A model generated the notes under the pieces. That model had not been told where the DNA came from and ran no database searches. It saw nothing but the letters and a program-made list of their open reading frames with translations. The position numbers and the translations under genes were made by a program. From assembly GCA_024407775.1 (NCBI GenBank), contig JAKSVV010000001.1, forward strand, positions 1-51,705: a DNA stretch of 51,705 nucleotides, given 5' to 3'. Origin of the DNA: Clostridia bacterium. GTDB lineage: Bacteria > Bacillota > Clostridia > Lachnospirales > JAKSVV01. Shown one piece after another: positions 26,458 through 34,958 of this stretch; the stretch's first letter is position 1, and the number at the start of each line of letters is the position of its first letter.

Positions 26458-26484
26458 ATATCGACATTAGAAAACAAAAATTTA
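26458..26484 (-). promoter_or_regulatory. Sigma-D (sigma-28)-like promoter of fliK-flgD-flgE
   Basis: The minus strand reads TAAA-N15-GTCGATAT, with exactly 15 nt of spacer, about 35 nt upstream of the fliK ATG. Confidence 0.5.
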
Positions 26485-26543
26485 TACCCTGAGCAAAAAA
26501 TTTTTTAACTGCTTTATATATAAATCCCGCAAAAACTATAACA

Positions 26544-26577
26544 ACAAAAAAGAGAGATTTGAAAATCAAATCTCTCT
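26544..26577 (-). terminator. Rho-independent terminator after the ABC-F gene
   Basis: 12-bp stem agagagatttga / tcaaatctctct followed by a U-run on the minus strand. Confidence 0.7.
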
Positions 26578-26604
26578 ATATAAAAGTCCATATAATATTT
26601 ATAA

Positions 26605-28251
26605 TTAATTATCTTTTTCTTCACTAGTTTCATCTTCTGTTGAATAAGCAAGTTCACGTTTAGCTGCCATTTCATCACTAGCAAGATATTCATCATATGT
26701 CATAAGTTTATCAATTATTCCTCCAGGAACAATTTCTATAATTCTATTAGCTGTTGTTTGAATAAATTGGTGGTCGTGTGATACGAACATCATTGATTCT
26801 TTATAATTAATACATCCATTATTTAATGCAGTAATAGATTCTAGATCTAAGTGGTTAGTTGGTTCATCTAAGATTAAGAAGTTAGGTGCTTCAAGCATAC
26901 ACTTTGATAACATACATCTAGCTTTTTCTCCCCCAGATAATACTCTAACATCTTTAAATACTTCTTCACCTTTAAATAACATTCTTCCTAAGAAACCTCT
27001 AACAAGTTGATCATCATCTAGCGGATAATATTGAGCAATCCAATCAGCAAGTTGCATTTCTTTTTCAAAATATTTTGTGTTATCTTTTGGATCATAAGCA
27101 CATGTTATAGTTTTTCCCCAAGTGAAGCTTCCACTATCAGGTTGTTCTTCACCCATAAGAATTTTAAATAACATAGTTTTTGCATTTCCGTTTGGTCCAA
27201 CAAATGCAATTTTATCTCCAGCGTTAACAATGAAAGATACATTATCTAATATCTTAACACCATCAACAGTTTTAGTTAAACCTTCAACTTTTAATATATC
27301 TTTTCCTGATTCTCTTTCAGGCTTGAAATCAATAAAAGGATATTTTCTTGAACTTGGTCCAATATCATCAAGTTCAATTTTTTCAAGCATCTTTTTACGA
27401 GATGTAGCTTGTTTAGATTTTGATGCATTAGCAGCAAATCTTTGAATAAAGCTTTGTAATTCTTTAATTTTTTCTTCTTTCTTTTTATTTTGATCAGACA
27501 TTTGTTTTAAAGCAAGTTGACTTGATTCATACCAGAAATCATAGTTACCAACATAAAGTTTAATCTTACCATAGTCAATGTCAGCGATATGTGTACATAC
27601 TTGGTTTAAGAAATGTCTATCGTGTGATACAACAATAACTGTGTTTTCAAAATTAATTAAAAATTCTTCTAGCCATTCAATAGCTGCGATGTCTAAGTGG
27701 TTAGTAGGTTCATCAAGTAATAATACATCTGGATTACCAAATAAAGCTTGAGCAAGTAATACTTTAACTTTATAAGGTGTAGGAAGTTCACTCATTAATT
27801 TTAAGTGCCATTCAGTATCAACTCCTAAACCATTAAGAAGTTGTGCAGCATCACTTTCAGCTTCCCATCCATTCATTTCAGCAAATTCAGCTTCAAGTTC
27901 ACCAGCTCTAATTCCATCTTCATCGGAGAAATCTGGTTTCATATATATTGCATCTTTTTCTTTCATAATATCATATAATCTTTGGTTACCCATAATAACA
28001 GTATCAAGAACACTGTATTCTTCGTAAGCAAAGTGATCTTGTTTTAAAACTCCAAGTCTTTCATCTTTACCCAAAAATACTTCACCTTTATTAGGTTCAA
28101 TTTCACCAGATAATATTTTTAAGAATGTAGATTTACCAGCACCATTAGCACCAATAAGTCCATAACAGTTACCAGGTGTAAATTTAATATTAACATCTTC
28201 AAATAATGTTCTTTGTCCAAATCTTAATGTTACTCCGCTTGTACTTAACAT
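26605..28251 (-). CDS. ABC-F family ATPase (YbiT/EttA-like translation factor type, no TM domain)
   Basis: Two ABC cassettes (GANGAGKST / LSGGEK..LLLDEPTNHLD, and GPNGNAKT / LSGGEKAR..LILDEPTNHLD) joined by a charged linker. Confidence 0.9.
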   Translation of the reverse strand: MLSTSGVTLRFGQRTLFEDVNIKFTPGNCYGLIGANGAGKSTFLKILSGEIEPNKGEVFLGKDERLGVLKQDHFAYEEYSVLDTVIMGNQRLYDIMKEKDAIYMKPDFSDEDGIRAGELEAEFAEMNGWEAESDAAQLLNGLGVDTEWHLKLMSELPTPYKVKVLLAQALFGNPDVLLLDEPTNHLDIAAIEWLEEFLINFENTVIVVSHDRHFLNQVCTHIADIDYGKIKLYVGNYDFWYESSQLALKQMSDQNKKKEEKIKELQSFIQRFAANASKSKQATSRKKMLEKIELDDIGPSSRKYPFIDFKPERESGKDILKVEGLTKTVDGVKILDNVSFIVNAGDKIAFVGPNGNAKTMLFKILMGEEQPDSGSFTWGKTITCAYDPKDNTKYFEKEMQLADWIAQYYPLDDDQLVRGFLGRMLFKGEEVFKDVRVLSGGEKARCMLSKCMLEAPNFLILDEPTNHLDLESITALNNGCINYKESMMFVSHDHQFIQTTANRIIEIVPGGIIDKLMTYDEYLASDEMAAKRELAYSTEDETSEEKDN

Positions 28252-28488
28252 TTTAATTTCTCCTTTTTATACTTTTATCTCAAACTCTTGCTATTATAAC
28301 ATAACTTTCATATATAAGCAAATCAAGACGGAGTATTTATAAAAATACCCACCTATTCTTATATTAAATAAACATATATATAATAGAAGGAAACTTTTTT
28401 AATTTTGCTAGTTTTCTACTCCCATAAAGGGTTTGCCAGGTATTTTTTACCCTCAAAATTGCATATTTTTCATATGTTTTTAACTTTT

Positions 28489-28566
28489 TGTTAATAACAT
28501 ATTGACAATAACACGAAACGGGTGTAATATATAATAAAAGTTGTTAATAACAAAATGTTAATAACA
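28489..28566. promoter_or_regulatory. Three copies of the palindrome TGTTAATAACA (candidate NrtR operators) around the pnuC promoter
   Basis: Exact copies at 28489-28499, 28542-28552 and 28556-28566. One abuts the -35 element and two lie just downstream of the -10. Confidence 0.45.
28502..28530 (+). promoter_or_regulatory. Sigma-A promoter of pnuC-nadR
   Basis: TTGACA (28502-28507), a 17-nt spacer, then TAATAT (28525-28530). Confidence 0.5.
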
Positions 28567-28618
28567 AAAATTAATATATATATTAAAAAATATAACTAAG
28601 TAAAAGGGAGGAAATCTT

Positions 28619-29332
28619 ATGAAAATGAGAGAATTAATTAAAAATGAATTTAAAGGATGGCAACTTAAAGAAATTATATGGCTTGCACTTGCTACTATTG
28701 TCATCACAGCATTATCAATCTACTGGGGAGACACATTAATGGGAATCATATCAGCATCAACTGGTGTTATATGTGTAGTTTTAACAGGTAAAGGAAAATT
28801 ATCAGCTTACTTATTCGGATTAGTAAACTGTATACTATATGCAATCATAAGTTACAGAGCAACTTATTATGGAGAAACAATGCTTAACGCATTATATTAC
28901 GTACCAATGCAATTCGTTGGATTTTATGTATGGTTTAAAAATATGAATGTAGAAACTGCTGAAGTTAATAAAAGACATATGAGTAATAAAGTAAGATTAT
29001 TATCTATCTTATCAATTGCAATTTTAACAATTGGATATGGATATGTACTTAAATATTTAAATGACGCAATGCCATTTGTTGATAGTTTTACAACAGTATC
29101 AAGTATAATTGCTATGATCGTATCAATTGGAATGTATGCAGAACAATGGTTAATATGGATAGCTGTAGATATCTTTAGTACATATATGTGGTTTATGGAT
29201 TTTATGAATGGTAGTGATAACATTGCTACTCTTCTTATGTGGGCAATATATTTAGGTAATGCATTTATTATGTTTTATAAATGGGAAAAAGAATGCAGAC
29301 AAAACGAAAAAGAATTAAAAGAAAAAAATTAA
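28619..29332 (+). CDS. pnuC: Nicotinamide riboside transporter PnuC
   Basis: About 7 TM helices and the PnuC-type pattern (W..KE..WL......LSIYWGD...GVICVVLTGKGK...YVPMQFVGFYVW). Adjacent to nadR. Confidence 0.9.
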   Translation: MKMRELIKNEFKGWQLKEIIWLALATIVITALSIYWGDTLMGIISASTGVICVVLTGKGKLSAYLFGLVNCILYAIISYRATYYGETMLNALYYVPMQFVGFYVWFKNMNVETAEVNKRHMSNKVRLLSILSIAILTIGYGYVLKYLNDAMPFVDSFTTVSSIIAMIVSIGMYAEQWLIWIAVDIFSTYMWFMDFMNGSDNIATLLMWAIYLGNAFIMFYKWEKECRQNEKELKEKN

Positions 29333-29370
29333 TTTAAATTTTTATAAAAAAATATATAGAGGTAATTATT

Positions 29371-30474
29371 ATGAGTAATTTAGTAGGAATGTATGGTGGA
29401 GAATTTAATCCTCTTCACCTTGGTCATGTTAATAATATAATTAAAGCATCAAGTATGTGTGATGAACTTCACATTATGATTTGTTACAGAGATGATGATA
29501 CATCTGTACCAAAAGAAATTAGATATAGATGGATTCATGAAATAACAAAACATATGAAAAATGTACAAATACATTTATTAAAAGATGAAGCAGAAAATAA
29601 AGATGATTATAATAACGGATCATATTGGGAACAAGGAAGAGATAATATTTTAAATATCATTGGTAAAGAAATTGATGTTGTATATTGCGGCAGTGATTAT
29701 ATTGGAACAAATAGATTTGAAGAATTATATCCTGATAGTATGATATATTATTTTGATAGAGGCGAAGTTCCTGTATCAAGTACAAACATAAGAAACTTTG
29801 GCATAGAAAATTGGGACTACATTCCTAAATGTGCAAAAAGTTATTATGCTAAAAAAGTTTTATTACTTGGTGGAGAATCAACAGGTAAATCAATGTTATG
29901 TGAAAATCTAGCACTATGTTATAACACAAACTTTGTAAAAGAAGTTGGTCGTGATACTTGTGAAAGAGCTGGTGGTGAAGAATTTATGACTAGTGAAGAT
30001 TTATATGAAAATATAATTAGACAAAAAATAAATGTTATGGATGCACTAGAAGATGCAAACAGATTATTATTTGTTGATACAGAAAGTTTAACAACAAAAT
30101 TTTATGGACAATTTCTTCTTAGTGATGACGAAAAAAAAATGGAGAAAGTAAATAATCTTGCTGATAGCATAAATGATATAACAAATTGGGATCTAGTATT
30201 ATTTCTAGAACCTGATATTCCTTTCGTACAAGATGGAACAAGAAATGAAGAAATTGAAAATGATAGAGAAAAATTTTCTAATCAAATAAAACAACTCTTA
30301 GATGAAAAAGAAATTAAATATCACACAATAGGTGGTAATTATTTTGAAAGATTAATAGCAGCCAAAGAAATTATTAAAGATGAATTAGGTATAACAACAG
30401 CTTTTAATACAACTTATACTAAAGAAGAAGCTAATGATGATGTAGAAGAAAACACAATCCTAGAAGTAATCTAA
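29371..30474 (+). CDS. nadR: NadR-type NMN adenylyltransferase / ribosylnicotinamide kinase (no N-terminal HTH)
   Basis: Nucleotidyltransferase motif GGEFNPLHLGH and a C-terminal P-loop kinase motif LLGGESTGKS. Confidence 0.85.
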   Translation: MSNLVGMYGGEFNPLHLGHVNNIIKASSMCDELHIMICYRDDDTSVPKEIRYRWIHEITKHMKNVQIHLLKDEAENKDDYNNGSYWEQGRDNILNIIGKEIDVVYCGSDYIGTNRFEELYPDSMIYYFDRGEVPVSSTNIRNFGIENWDYIPKCAKSYYAKKVLLLGGESTGKSMLCENLALCYNTNFVKEVGRDTCERAGGEEFMTSEDLYENIIRQKINVMDALEDANRLLFVDTESLTTKFYGQFLLSDDEKKMEKVNNLADSINDITNWDLVLFLEPDIPFVQDGTRNEEIENDREKFSNQIKQLLDEKEIKYHTIGGNYFERLIAAKEIIKDELGITTAFNTTYTKEEANDDVEENTILEVI

Positions 30475-30513
30475 TAATATATAAATATGCTTTACAACAA
30501 AATCATATATTGC

Positions 30514-30535
30514 TATAATAAAGTTGATAATAACA
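30514..30535 (+). promoter_or_regulatory. Candidate nrtR promoter (-10) with an overlapping operator-like site
   Basis: TGcTATAAT (-10 at 30514-19), followed by TGATAATAACA (30525-30535). That site differs by one base from the pnuC-region palindrome. Confidence 0.35.
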
Positions 30536-30556
30536 AATTAATAAAAAGAGGTTTAT

Positions 30557-31402
30557 ATGTCACAAGAAGAAAATTATAAATCAGAAAAAGAATTTTTAGA
30601 AAATTATAATTCTAACGCTTTTGAAAAATTATCTTTAACATCTGATACTCTAATTTTTTCAGTATCAGAAGAAAAACAAGAAAACTATAGAAAATTAAAT
30701 GAAAAATATTTTAGCATCTTACTTGTTAAAAGAACAACATATCCATTCAAAGATAAATGGTGTCTTCCTGGTGGATTTGTAAAAATGGATGAAACAGGTG
30801 AAGAAGCAGCTAAAAGAATTTTAGCAAGTGAAGCAAATTTACATGATATATATATGGAACAACTTTATACTTATTCAGATGTTGATCGTGATCCACGAAT
30901 GAGAATTGTTAGTACTGCTTATATTGCTTTAATAGATAAAAATAAAATACAAGATAAACTAAACGACAATGCATCATGGTTTAATGTTGTAGATTATAAC
31001 GAAGAAATAAGTAATGATGGAAGTATATTAGTATCATATAAATTAAATAATGGTAATGAAGATATTTTTATTAAATGTAAAAAAACTAGAATAAATAAAA
31101 CAAGTGAAAATTATAATTATGAAATTCTAGAAAACGAAAAATTAGCATTCGATCATGCAAAAGTAATTATTCAAGGTAGAGAAAGATTACAAAACAAAAT
31201 CGAATATACAGACATTGCATTTAATCTTGTTGGTGAATATTTTACACTTGGAGAATTACAACAAGTTTATGAAATAGTTCTAGGAAAAAAATTATTAGAT
31301 CCTGCATTTAGAAGAATCATTGCAGATAAAGTTGTTAAAACAAATAAAGAAAAGAAAGGTGAAGGTCACCGCCCTAGTGCATTATTCAAATATAATGGTT
31401 AA
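30557..31402 (+). CDS. nrtR: NrtR-like Nudix-related transcriptional regulator
   Basis: A Nudix-fold N-domain (LPGGFVKMDETGEEAAKRILASEANL) with a C-terminal winged-helix-like domain (FTLGELQQVYEIVLGKKLLDPAFRR). Located next to pnuC-nadR. Confidence 0.8.
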   Translation: MSQEENYKSEKEFLENYNSNAFEKLSLTSDTLIFSVSEEKQENYRKLNEKYFSILLVKRTTYPFKDKWCLPGGFVKMDETGEEAAKRILASEANLHDIYMEQLYTYSDVDRDPRMRIVSTAYIALIDKNKIQDKLNDNASWFNVVDYNEEISNDGSILVSYKLNNGNEDIFIKCKKTRINKTSENYNYEILENEKLAFDHAKVIIQGRERLQNKIEYTDIAFNLVGEYFTLGELQQVYEIVLGKKLLDPAFRRIIADKVVKTNKEKKGEGHRPSALFKYNG

Positions 31403-31467
31403 AAATAAAATTTAAAATTTATAAATTTAAAATTAAAAATTTAAAATTAAATAAAAATTTTATAAAT

Positions 31468-31499
31468 AAAAAATCACATGCAATGCATGTGATTTTTTT
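31468..31499. terminator. Bidirectional rho-independent terminator between convergent nrtR and mgtC
   Basis: 11-bp stem aaatcacatgc / gcatgtgattt flanked by an A-run and a T-run. Confidence 0.75.
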
Positions 31500-31513
31500 A
31501 TAAAACAAAATAT

Positions 31514-32203
31514 TTATTCTTCGTCATACTCATCTTTATCTTCTTTAACTCCAGATACATCTAATAGATATAAATCATTTATAAATTTCTTTTTAACATC
31601 TTGGTTATTTGCACCTAAGTTAAATTCATAAAGTTTGTTTCCAAAATTATCAGCACTCATATTAACAGATTTAATTTCAATTCCTCTTTCTTTAATTAGT
31701 TCTGATACTTTTGCTAAATCTTTTTTGTTTTCTCCTGCTGTAACAGTAATATTAAATTCAATAACTTTCTTTAGATATTTTCTTTCAATTGCTGGTACAA
31801 TTTTTAATGTTAAATAGAATAATATACCACCTATTATTACAACATCATGCGCACCAAGTCCGGCACAAATACCAAATGCAGCACATGTCCATAATGAAGC
31901 AGCTGTTGTTAATCCAACTACATTATCCTTATATCTTAAAATTGTTCCTGCACCAATGAACCCAATTCCACTTAATACTTGAGCTGGAATTCTATAGTTG
32001 TCAGAATGTCCATCTGGATAAAAATAACATGCAAGTGTAACAACACAAGCACCTAGTGTAACGATAACGTGAGTTCTAAGACCTGCTGGTCTTCTTGTTC
32101 TTTCTCTGTCTAATCCTACAACTACAGATATAATTAGAGCTTCTAAAAATCTAATTAGAACACTGACAGTTCTAGCACTAAACACGCTTGTTAAAATACT
32201 CAT
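31514..32203 (-). CDS. mgtC: MgtC/SapB family membrane protein with a C-terminal ACT-like domain
   Basis: MgtC motif GLDRERTRRPAGLRTHVIV...GIGFIGAGTI. Start trimmed to the ATG at 32201-32203, following AGGAG. Confidence 0.85.
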   Translation of the reverse strand: MSILTSVFSARTVSVLIRFLEALIISVVVGLDRERTRRPAGLRTHVIVTLGACVVTLACYFYPDGHSDNYRIPAQVLSGIGFIGAGTILRYKDNVVGLTTAASLWTCAAFGICAGLGAHDVVIIGGILFYLTLKIVPAIERKYLKKVIEFNITVTAGENKKDLAKVSELIKERGIEIKSVNMSADNFGNKLYEFNLGANNQDVKKKFINDLYLLDVSGVKEDKDEYDEE

Positions 32204-32428
32204 ATACAAATCTCCTAATTTGTTTTTATTAGTTATATTATTAATCGTATTATTTTTTTATTAATTAACTATAAATTAATATTACACCAAGTTTTTATTT
32301 TTTCAATATCTATATATAATATGAATTTATATATAGATATCTAAAAATAAAATTATTTTTTAAAAAATATTTATAGAAAATTTAAATGTTTGTGTGTTTT
32401 TTTGAAGCTCTCCTTCTTTATAGATTTT

Positions 32429-33217
32429 TTAGTCATTTAAATCTTCATAATATTTTTCAAATTCTTCTTTAACTTCGTATCTTCTTGATCTTGCCATTAC
32501 AAATATTTCTCCATTAGACATTTCAACGCAGCAATTTTTAATATCTACTTTTCTGACAAATTGAAGGTTAACAATAATAGCTTTATGAATTTTAATAAAT
32601 CCATGATAAAGTTCACCAAATGAATTTTCTAGTTTATTTTCAATCTCAGCTAGTGAACTATAGATATCAACTATTCCACCTTTCATATAAATTTTTGTTT
32701 TAGGTTTGTTGTGCTCAAAGGCAATAATATCCTTAATAGGGATATTTAAATTTTTGTAGTTAGAAACAACAGAAATTCTCCTGCTATAAGCTCCCATAAA
32801 TGTATTAGCAATAAGGGCATAGTCTCCATCAATCTTACTGATTAATTTAATAAATTCTGTTTTGCCTATAGGTTTAAAGAAAAAATCAAAACATCTTATT
32901 TCATAATCAATATACTTTTTACAGATATCATTATCTGATAGAAAAACTATGTAAGCAAGTGGATCGAATTTTCTGATTGTTCTAGCTAAGTCAATTCCAT
33001 CATATTGTTTTTTGACTGTCACATCAATTAAATATAATGATGCTTCATCTGTTACAATATTATGTTTGAATAAGTGTGATACAACCCTGCGAGATTCGCT
33101 AGTAATCAAAGAAACATGAACTCCACCTCCTTGTTCCGTTATAGTTTCTTTTACATTACTATCGATCTGCTTAATTAAAACAGGGTCATCTGTGAAAATT
33201 GTGATCTTCACATACAT
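32429..33217 (-). CDS. LytTR-family response regulator (orphan; no kinase in the window)
   Basis: Receiver-like N-domain (IFTDD...YLIDV...VFLS) and a C-terminal LytTR domain (IIAFEHNKPKTKIYMKGG...FIKIHKAIIVNLQFV). No obvious SD sequence upstream of the ATG. Confidence 0.8.
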   Translation of the reverse strand: MYVKITIFTDDPVLIKQIDSNVKETITEQGGGVHVSLITSESRRVVSHLFKHNIVTDEASLYLIDVTVKKQYDGIDLARTIRKFDPLAYIVFLSDNDICKKYIDYEIRCFDFFFKPIGKTEFIKLISKIDGDYALIANTFMGAYSRRISVVSNYKNLNIPIKDIIAFEHNKPKTKIYMKGGIVDIYSSLAEIENKLENSFGELYHGFIKIHKAIIVNLQFVRKVDIKNCCVEMSNGEIFVMARSRRYEVKEEFEKYYEDLND

Positions 33218-33429
33218 GTCGCTTCAAAAAACGCACAAATTGGGATTTTATTCCAAACATGTAAATACCTCAACCATATAGTGCAATGTTGCACTGAACC
33301 ATATATAAAAGTTTAATTTCATAAAGTCCTTTATTTATGCATTATGCAGAAGAAAAAATAACTCATTTTTATCAATACTATATTAGAAAAAATGGTTCCA
33401 AAATGAGCATATTTTTTTAATTAGAAGGC

Positions 33430-33462
33430 ATAAAAAAGAACCAAAACATACATTTTGGTTCT
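33430..33462 (-). terminator. Rho-independent terminator after the coiled-coil protein gene
   Basis: Stem agaaccaaaa / ttttggttct followed by a U-run on the minus strand. Confidence 0.65.
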
Positions 33463-33495
33463 ATATAATCATTATTATTATCATAAATTATTAAA

Positions 33496-33903
33496 CTATT
33501 TTCCACCTTTAATAAGTGTAAATGTTCTTTCTTTTTCAACCTTTTCTTCTTCTTTCTTTGTTTCAGTAACAACAGATTGAAATTCATCATAGTATCTTTC
33601 AAGTTTATCGATACATTCATCTGGATTAGTTTTTGCAAGATAAGAAATACTTACAAAAGCTTCTTCTATTTCTTTATGTTTACAAACTACGTTATTATAT
33701 TCATCAACAATCTTTTTCATTTGTGTTCTTAGATCATCTATTGTTTGCTTCATATATCTAGTTTCTTCTTGTGTTTGTCTAAATTCTGTATTAGCTTTTT
33801 CAAAGTGATGTTCATATAATTTAATAGTTTCTTTATATTTTTCAATTTGTAATTTTAGTCTATCGTTTTCTTCATATACTTCATCGTATGATAAATTGTC
33901 CAT
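33496..33903 (-). CDS. Hypothetical coiled-coil protein
   Basis: 135-aa ORF with heptad-like charged sequence (LKLQIEKYKETIKLYEHHFEKANTEFRQTQEE...). It has its own terminator. No family recognised. Confidence 0.5.
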   Translation of the reverse strand: MDNLSYDEVYEENDRLKLQIEKYKETIKLYEHHFEKANTEFRQTQEETRYMKQTIDDLRTQMKKIVDEYNNVVCKHKEIEEAFVSISYLAKTNPDECIDKLERYYDEFQSVVTETKKEEEKVEKERTFTLIKGGK

Positions 33904-34034
33904 GTTTCCCCCAAATCATTTAGTATAGAATTAATTATAAATATAAATTTCTAATTTGCAAGTAATTTAACAAGGTTATTACCAAGAAAAATATATGTAT
34001 TTTATCTTATTTAATATATTTATTTAATAAAATA

Positions 34035-34073
34035 ATAAAAAAATCGTAAGCATAAAATTTATACTTACGATTT
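34035..34073 (-). terminator. Rho-independent terminator after rlmB
   Basis: Stem aaatcgtaag / cttacgattt flanked by A and T runs. Confidence 0.65.
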
Positions 34074-34090
34074 TTTATTTATTTTTCTTA

Positions 34091-34816
34091 TTAGTTATTT
34101 CTTTGTCTTGATGCTTCATACATTGCAATTCCTGATGCAACAGATGCATTAAGTGAATTTATTTTTCCGTATTGAGGTATAGATAAAATGAAATCACAAT
34201 TTTCTCTAACACTCTTTCTCATTCCTTCACCTTCATTACCAACGATGATAGCAATTGGTCCTTTTAAATCTTGGTTATAAATTGTTTCTCCATTCATATC
34301 AAGACCATATATCCAAACATTTTTCTTTTTTAATTCTTCAATTGCATTATTTAAGTTAGTAACTTTACATACCTTAACATATTCAATTGCACCTGCAGCA
34401 GTTTTACTAACAGTTTCATTTATAGTAACACTATTTCTTTTTGGAATAATAATTCCATCAACATCATTAAGTTCTGCTGTTCTAATAATAGCTCCAAAGT
34501 TATGAGGATCTGTTAAGTTATCAAGTATCATAATAAATGGTGCTTTACCTTTCTTAGCTGCACTATCTAATATTTGATCAATAGTATAGTAATTATATTC
34601 ACTAACTATAGCACATATTCCTTGGTTCTTATCAGTACCAGCTACTTCTCTTAATTTACTAGAAGGAACATATTGTTTAATAATACCTTTGTCTCCTGCT
34701 ATTTTTAAAATTTCACTAATATTACTATGTGCTCTATCTTTAACTATCATAATCTTTTCAATTTCTTTTCCACTTTTTAATGCTTCAGTTATAGCATTCT
34801 TTCCTACTAATACCAT
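34091..34816 (-). CDS. rlmB: SpoU/TrmH-family 23S rRNA 2'-O-methyltransferase (RlmB/YacO-like)
   Basis: SpoU motifs LDNLTDPHNFGAIIRTA, IVGNEGEGM and IPQYGKINSLNASVA, plus an N-terminal substrate-binding domain. Confidence 0.85.
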   Translation of the reverse strand: MVLVGKNAITEALKSGKEIEKIMIVKDRAHSNISEILKIAGDKGIIKQYVPSSKLREVAGTDKNQGICAIVSEYNYYTIDQILDSAAKKGKAPFIMILDNLTDPHNFGAIIRTAELNDVDGIIIPKRNSVTINETVSKTAAGAIEYVKVCKVTNLNNAIEELKKKNVWIYGLDMNGETIYNQDLKGPIAIIVGNEGEGMRKSVRENCDFILSIPQYGKINSLNASVASGIAMYEASRQRNN

Positions 34817-34958
34817 GAATGTATCTCCTTATATCTTATATATTTTTCTCTTTATATAATATTATAATATCGCATTAATTTCAAGAGATATATTAGAAAA
34901 TAAAAAAGGAGAAATACAATTTCTCCTTTTTTATATATGTATGTATAAAAACAATAAA

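Noticed and set aside
26514-26696. 60-aa minus-strand ORF overlapping the 3' end of the ABC-F gene and its terminator.
   Set aside because: It runs through the terminator hairpin and overlaps the ABC-F gene out of frame, with no RBS.
33417-33638. 73-aa minus-strand ORF overlapping the coiled-coil protein gene.
   Set aside because: It is an alternative frame of the 33496-33903 gene that extends through that gene's terminator. The Lys-rich low-complexity sequence is a frame artefact.
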